Assembly (NCBI GenBank): GCA_964016885.1
Contig: OZ024743.1
Location: 89,280,001 to 89,344,000 of the forward strand
Direction of reading: 5' to 3'
From: Eledone cirrhosa
Lineage: Eukaryota
DNA length: 64,000 nt
Under the pieces are notes generated by a model. The model was not told where the DNA came from. It saw only the letters and a program-made list of their open reading frames with translations, and searched no databases. Numbering within the stretch: the first letter of the stretch is position 1; each line of letters opens with the position of its first letter. This document shows, piece by piece, positions 56,798-64,000 of the stretch. A program made the translations under genes and the position numbers.

Positions 56798-57328
56798 ACC
56801 CCCATCTCATCTGTTAGACTCATTGCGGAGTCTAACAATGGAAGGCCACAATGAAATTAACTGACCATCCAATATGGTGACACTTTAAAAGACATCACAC
56901 TTTGTCTCGCCAAAGCTCAGTTGTTTTCTTATTACAGTGCTGAATTTAAACCTTATGTGGGAAGAGAGATTGGCTCTGCCAGACATACTTGCAATAAATA
57001 TACTCCCCAGAAATGGAAGGGCTAGAAGATTATTCAAAAGTAACATGGGCAATCGGAAATATGAAAGGGACGTCGACAGAAGACCATCGGCCCCAATTTT
57101 TCTCCCCTCACCCCACATGTTATAACAAAATCAATGATTTATGAAGACAATGGCAGCATTTGGCTACATCCAGGTTATTCCGTTTCCATATGTCTGTGTT
57201 CAGGTGAAACAGTAAAAAAATGCCAACACAACGACGTTGAGACATTTAGGGTGTCCCTGAGAACACATAGTTAAGTGGAGCTGACTTGAGAGGATGGTTT
57301 AGAGTAGCAACTGCTCTAACGCCTATAC

Positions 57329-57976
57329 CAGAGGTTCTCAAAGTCGGCGTTACCCCCCCCCCCCCCCCCCCCGAGACCATTGAGAAGGTCCAGAGAGCGC
57401 TGGAGGATGGCAGTAGAGGTAAAGGGGGTGTTGGGAGGGACAGAAAGACTGTGCCATTCCGCCCATGCCAGTGGTTATTATTATAGTATTGTGGATTGGC
57501 AGTATCGGCAGTATCGGTTCGGACGCCATGCTTTGCAGCATAGAGTTACGGCCCTTTACGGTATGAGTTCAAATCACGCCGAGGTTCACTTTGCCTTTCA
57601 TCCTTACGGGGTTGATAAAATAAAGTACCAGTAATGTACTGGGATAATTGCTGGTCTTGTGCCAAAAGTAGAAACAATTATTATAGTATTGTATACATAT
57701 GATATAATAGTATATTAAATATCAAATGATACATATATATATATATACAAATATAGTAAAATAAAAAAACATATATAATACGTATTTATACATAGTATAT
57801 ATTATATTATTTATTATATATAAATTATTTATTATATATAAATTATTTATTATATATAAATTAACGATTTTATTTGCGTGTAGGCAGGTCTCCCTGGAAA
57901 TAGGATGGGGGAGGGGGGTATTACATTGCCATGAGGGGGGGGGGGGGTCGTGGCTCCTAAAGTTTGAGAAACTCTG
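57329..57976. mobile_element. hAT-type MITE containing a SINE insertion
   Basis: TIR CAGAGGTTCTCAAA / TTTGAGAAACTCTG; 8-bp TSD gcctatac / gtctatac. Confidence 0.78.
57491..57676 (+). mobile_element. Same SINE family
   Basis: Head and core; TSD attattatagtattgt. Confidence 0.85.
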
Positions 57977-58045
57977 GTCTATACTATATCAACTAGCCAT
58001 ATTACGCACACATACTATAAACACATACACATTAATATAAATAGA

Positions 58046-58230
58046 GGGCGGTGGATTGGCAGTATCGGTAGAGGGTCGGACGCCATGCTTTCCAGCATAG
58101 TTACGTCCCTTTACGATCTGAGTTCAAATCCCGCCGAGGTTGACTTTGCCTTTCATCCTTACGGGGTCGATAAAATAAAGTACCAGTAATGCACTGGGTA
58201 ATTGCTGGCCTTGTGCCTAAAGTAGAAACA
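58046..58230 (+). mobile_element. Young tRNA-derived SINE with 15-bp TSD
   Basis: A box TGGCAGTATCGG, B box GAGTTCAAATCC, core ctttgcctttcatccttacggggtcgataaaataaagtaccag; TSD attaatataaataga. Confidence 0.9.
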
Positions 58231-58262
58231 ATTAATATAAATAGAAAGGGTGAACAACTTAC

Positions 58263-58381
58263 CCGGGGAGTTTTACAATTTCTTTACATTCACACTCTGT
58301 GTGATTCATAAACTGTCGTACTTCTATCATTTTAGAATTTAAATTGGCAGTTTCTGGGTCTTTGTTTGTCAAATCCAAAAC
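58263..58381 (-). CDS. PDGF/VEGF-family growth factor, exon completing the cystine knot
   Basis: ttgcag acceptor, phase 0; VLDLTNKDPETANLNSKMIEVRQFMNHTECECKEIVKLP contains the NHxxCxC motif; GTAAGT donor, phase 2. Confidence 0.9.
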
Positions 58382-58426
58382 CTGCAATAGAAAAAATGCT
58401 TGATATATATATATATATATACATAC

Positions 58427-58471
<45 letters not shown>

Positions 58472-58557
58472 ATTTTTATATGTATCTATTATGCACATAT
58501 ATCTATATGTATGTATATATGTATATATGCATGTACGTACACACACAAACACACACG

Positions 58558-58591
<34 letters not shown>

Positions 58592-58731
58592 GTGCAAGGT
58601 CAACAATAAAGAATAGTGAAAACAAACGTGGTGACTAGATAAAGGAAATATATATACATATATATATATATATACAAGAGAGAGAGGGGGAGAGAGGAGA
58701 GAGAGAGAGAGAGAGAAAACTGTGTTCTCAC

Positions 58732-58961
58732 CACAAAATATTTGCTAATGATTTTCACCCGCTTTGGTCCGCACACAGCCGAGGCATTCGCACAACACCC
58801 CGTAACATTGCGACATCGATGTATGACTGTACACGACGGGAAGTAGACGCGGTTTTTAGCTTCATTGTCTTGTATGTAGACAATTTCTGGTCGAGGATGT
58901 TTACACTCATGTAGCGGCGATGATGTCATCTCACGAACATGTAACAACGCTTTGTCCAATC
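58732..58961 (-). CDS. PDGF/VEGF-family growth factor (PVF/VEGF-like), exon with the N-terminal part of the cystine-knot domain
   Basis: tttcag acceptor; reads LDKALLHVREMTSSPLHECKHPRPEIVYIQDNEAKNRVYFPSCTVIHRCRNVTGCCANASAVCGPKRVKIISKYFV, with the P-x-C...RC..GCC...C motif; GTGAGA donor. Confidence 0.9.
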
Positions 58962-59162
58962 CTGAAATGAAAGAAAACACAAAACACTTACTCAGTGGAA
59001 ACTAGACATGGTGACGATATTGTTGTTGGTGGTGGTAGTGGTTGTCCTGGGGTCTGAGCAAGGGGTTTAAAAGAATATTTGCTGAGAACAGCTGGTCTCT
59101 CTTGGGGAAATTTCTCTACCTATACATGTCTCTGTTTACCCCATATATATATATATATTTAT

Positions 59163-59295
59163 ATATAGTTATAGTTATATTTGGGGAGGGTCATATTGTT
59201 ATGATATTGCTAGAAATATATAATAAAACACACTCACAGTGAGTGTGTTTTATTATATATTTCATAACAATATGACCCTCTCCAAATATAACAAA
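59163..59295. repeat. Fold-back hairpin of a family also seen at 39297-39368 and 2428-2455
   Basis: Arms centred on cacactcac-a-gtgagtgtg; shared motif tgaccctccccaagtataacaa next to TA tracts. Confidence 0.6.
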
Positions 59296-59504
59296 TTTTG
59301 TTTCAACACACGATTTCATATCAAAATCCTTTCAAAACAAATTCATCGCCGTATATATATACAATGGTTTTAAATCGAAGTTTAGCTGTTGTACAGCAAG
59401 TACTATTCGATTTGTTTGAGGCAATCACAAAGCACTCGATGGATCGGAAAACACACATTAGGTCCTTCAGAGTAAACACAACAGTTATAATACAGAAAGG
59501 TTTA

Positions 59505-59582
<78 letters not shown>

Positions 59583-59588
<6 letters not shown>

Positions 59589-60004
59589 AATACGATTTCG
59601 CTTCAAGCATAGTTTTATACAATATGTATAATAATTTCGTATTTCCAAAGAAATACGGTTTTAGGAAGCCGTAGCTATGCAAACACCGGGGGGGGGGGGG
59701 GTATCGCCTTCTGGTGATGTCCAGCAGAAGCAAGGGGGACAACCATATTTGCATTTCAAGCTTAACTGGCCATCGTCAGGACGGTCCCTTCCACCGCTTG
59801 CGACTGCTGAACTAGAAGACAGGCGAGAATATATAGTTTTCTCGTCTGTGTAAATGAGGTAATTAATCTCATTTGTATATGAAGCTGCATAGGTTGGCTC
59901 AACGTTTAATAGAAAAGAAATAGGATTTCGCTTCAAGCATATCTTTATACATTATGTATAATAATTTCGTATTTCCAAAGAAATACTGTTTTAGGAAGCC
60001 GTAG
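59583..60004 (-). mobile_element. Retrozyme-like element: 330-nt unit with 92-nt terminal direct repeat between two (TA)n tracts
   Basis: 59583-59674 is repeated at 59913-60004 with a few mismatches; a degenerate hammerhead lies between the repeats. Confidence 0.68.
59736..59788 (-). ncRNA. Degenerate type I hammerhead motif
   Basis: Minus strand: GGGAC-cgtc-CTGACGA-t-GGC-cagttaa-GCT-t-GAA-AT-gcaa-AT-A-tggtt-GTCCC. Confidence 0.55.
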
Positions 60005-61138
<1,134 letters not shown>

Positions 61139-62270
61139 ATATGGCCATCGTACAAGCTGTTTTCCTTTCAGATACAGAAAATACATATCCTGTTCAAACT
61201 GCTTCTATTAAGTTTGGCATGATGAAAAGCAGGTTGGGAAGAGTGTAGTGGTATTTTAAAGAGGTACATATGCTTCGAAATAGGTAACAGCGTTGGGATA
61301 AGCAGAGAAATGCATTTGTAAATAAATTAAGCTCGTCAGAATATGTGACAGAATAATTAATCTTAGATTAAGACAGCAACAGTGATTTGTGCATATGCAC
61401 CACAATCAGGAATGACAGATGCACAAAAGACCACTTCTATTCAGCTGTCGTCGATCGAAATCACGGTCGCTTGATGAACATTTTATTACACCGTAGTTAG
61501 CGGGTAGGGCCACATTTGCTTATAATGGTGAGAGATGGGACGAGACGGAGGCAATGACAGTGGGAGTTTTGTTCCATTGTGTTCGGACCTGATGTATATG
61601 TATATATTTATTTACCGCATCACATATACAAACATATAAACTTCTAACCTAAATTAATATTTTCATTACAGATCCCATGTTTGGTTTAAGCTTATCTATG
61701 TTGGTTTCGAGACTACCTGTCAACGATAGCCAATTGCAGGTGGGGTGGTGTGGGGTGCTCATGTGATTGGTCCTGGACATAAGTAGATAGAGTGAAGGCA
61801 CGTGGCTTAATAGTTAGAGTATTCAGTTCAGGATCGGAAGGCCGTAGTTCAATTTGAGTTGGCACGTTGTGTCATTGCGCAAGATATTTTGTTTGACCTT
61901 GTTTCAATCCACTCAACTGGTAAAAAATAAGTTGTATTTGTAATTCAAGGACCAGTTTTGTCACACACCATATCAAACTGAATCTCTCTAGGGGGTACAT
62001 CTGTTTGTCGAATGCTCAGCCACTTTCATGTTAATTTCACGAGCAGGTTGTTCCGTTGTTTGTACAACTGGAATGCTTGTCGTCGGAACCAACGGAGGTC
62101 CAACACATAGATTAATACATATATATAATACATATGACATAATCTATCCAGTCATCCTTCACGGTTTTAAGCACATTTGATAAAGGAAATTGACGTTATT
62201 TCTTTGAGATAGCATGTTAGCCCTACTGTGCTTGCGCATGTGCACACCACTCTCTCTATATATAAGCATG

Positions 62271-62302
<32 letters not shown>

Positions 62303-63211
62303 TGTATGTATGTATGTATGTATGTATGTATGTATGTATGTATGCATGTATGTATGTACGTATGTATGTATGTATGTACGTCAGGTCACCAGTTGGTGCT
62401 ACTGGTAACATGTATCCCAGTACAACCTGTCTCATGGTCGGGTCGTTGGCGACTAAACTGGCAACCCCACCAAGGTTTCTTGGTGAGGAGGGTAACTTTG
62501 GACATCCTGCAGGACTAAAAACAAAACCTGTCAAAGAGCAAAGGAGTTCTTAAGAGTCAATGGCCATCCAAAATCAGCGGGAGAGATGACCCCTTAGCCT
62601 TTGTCAAGGCAGAATTCTAGGAGAAGGAAAACTCTGGTATAACACCTGCAACCCTGATGGTATCCAATGATGTTGACTTGTTCTTCTTTTTGGTAAATAT
62701 CATCTTGGTTAAGAGAGTGGGACTGGCTTTGTGCAGTGTCTTTGCTCACTATAAAAGGTTCACGGCACAGGCATTGCTTTATATCTGCAGATTTCTCTGC
62801 ACTTGTCGTCACATGGTACCATGGGTCCAGCACTATGTGTCAATAATTGTCACAAGTGTAGTGTTTGTACCAGAGTTTTCAAGTCGCTGGCTGGACTAAA
62901 AAGTCACACTCGTTCAGCGCATCGGTAGGGGTTCTCCTACATGGATATAAAGTAGTGGCGTACTCGAAAACGAGTTGGCATCCACCATGTACGTGTGCGT
63001 GTATGTATGTACATGTTTGTATGTATGTACGTTTATATGTATGTATGTACGTGTGTGTACGTACGTACGTATCTATGTATGTATATATGTATGCATGCAT
63101 GCATGTATGTATCTATGTACGTACGTATGTATGTACATATGTATTTATGTATGTATGTACGTACGTGTGTATGTACATATGAATGCATGTACGTATGTAT
63201 GTACGTATGTA

Positions 63212-63255
<44 letters not shown>

Positions 63256-63266
63256 TATATATATAT

Positions 63267-63459
63267 AACGAAGGAATTGTGGTAAGGAACTAGATGGACC
63301 ATAACGCAACAGAGTACTCAATACTTAGGGTAGTAGAGTGGGTAATAGGAAAAGGTTTGACCCCGACGGCCGAGCTCAAGCCGTTTCGACGGCTATTTCT
63401 GGACTCAGAAATAGCCGTCGAAACGGCTTGAGCTCTGCCGTCGGGGTCATACCTTTTCC
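63267..63459 (-). mobile_element. Fold-back family F1, copy 6
   Basis: Reverse-oriented; arms meet at gacggctatttct-ggactc-agaaatagccgtc. Confidence 0.82.
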
Positions 63460-64000
63460 TATATATATATATATATATAAAGCGGTCATATGTGATGCCA
63501 AAGTTGTCTAAGGATAGCTGTCGCTCTATATAATCTTTCAATTGTTATCAACATAAAAGTAATAAACTTCACTCAATACAAACTTGGCTCCAGACTTAAA
63601 TTATTCCTCCTCCATTCATTCACTTTATATCCGCCTTCATTTCCTCATTACTTTCCTAATTATTCTTTCTGCTCACTAACACACAATGAAAGATATGGAA
63701 ATTATATCCCCCTGTCTCTCCATCCGTTCTTCCGTACGCCCACCCACCTATCTGTCTGACTGACCGTCTGTCTGTCTGACTGTTGGCTCGTCTTTCTGTC
63801 TGTCTATCAATCTATCCACATAGTACCTATTTATCTCTCTCACTTATCACACACACACACAATATATATATATATATATATATGTATGTATATGTATGTA
63901 TGTATACAGCTACACTCCTACCTATCTATATATCAATCTATCTATTTACTTACTTAGCTATTTCTCTCTCTCTCTTACATAGATAGATAGATAGATAGAT

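Noticed and set aside
58046-58135. tRNA gene
   Set aside because: A and B boxes are present but there is no cloverleaf; it continues into the SINE core and has a TSD.
58962-59040. Minus-strand GTAAGT at 58986-58991 as donor of an upstream PVF exon
   Set aside because: It would give a 30-nt intron and is preceded by TGA; too short to be credible.

Overview
Eukaryotic, AT-rich, microsatellite-dense animal DNA; the SINEs and the (TA)n/(CA)n/(TC)n load suggest an octopus or another cephalopod (inference). Almost all long ORFs in the supplied track are microsatellite read-throughs. Two host genes can be read by hand. The first is the last two exons of a beta-tubulin (+, 16016-16134 and 16711-16767). 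The second is four exons of a PDGF/VEGF-family growth factor (-, 58961 to 54673) with a Cys-rich region and a basic tail. The centre holds a ~14-kb head-to-tail stack of decayed Tx1/L1-clade LINEs (23.7-37.5 kb) joined at (ATT)n tails, capped by a Penelope-like element (GIY-YIG, inverted pseudo-LTR, hammerhead motif). Also present are a Chapaev3-like DNA transposon, Helitron/hAT/mariner MITEs, RTE fragments, many tRNA-derived SINEs, an 86-bp satellite and a CA-rich minisatellite. The most striking unannotated signal is a set of many unrelated small non-coding elements lodged in (TA)n tracts. Several carry complete or partial type I hammerhead ribozyme motifs, with either terminal direct repeats (retrozyme-like, 330-470 nt units) or fold-back inverted arms. 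In one six-copy family the fold-back apex coincides with the predicted hammerhead stem II.
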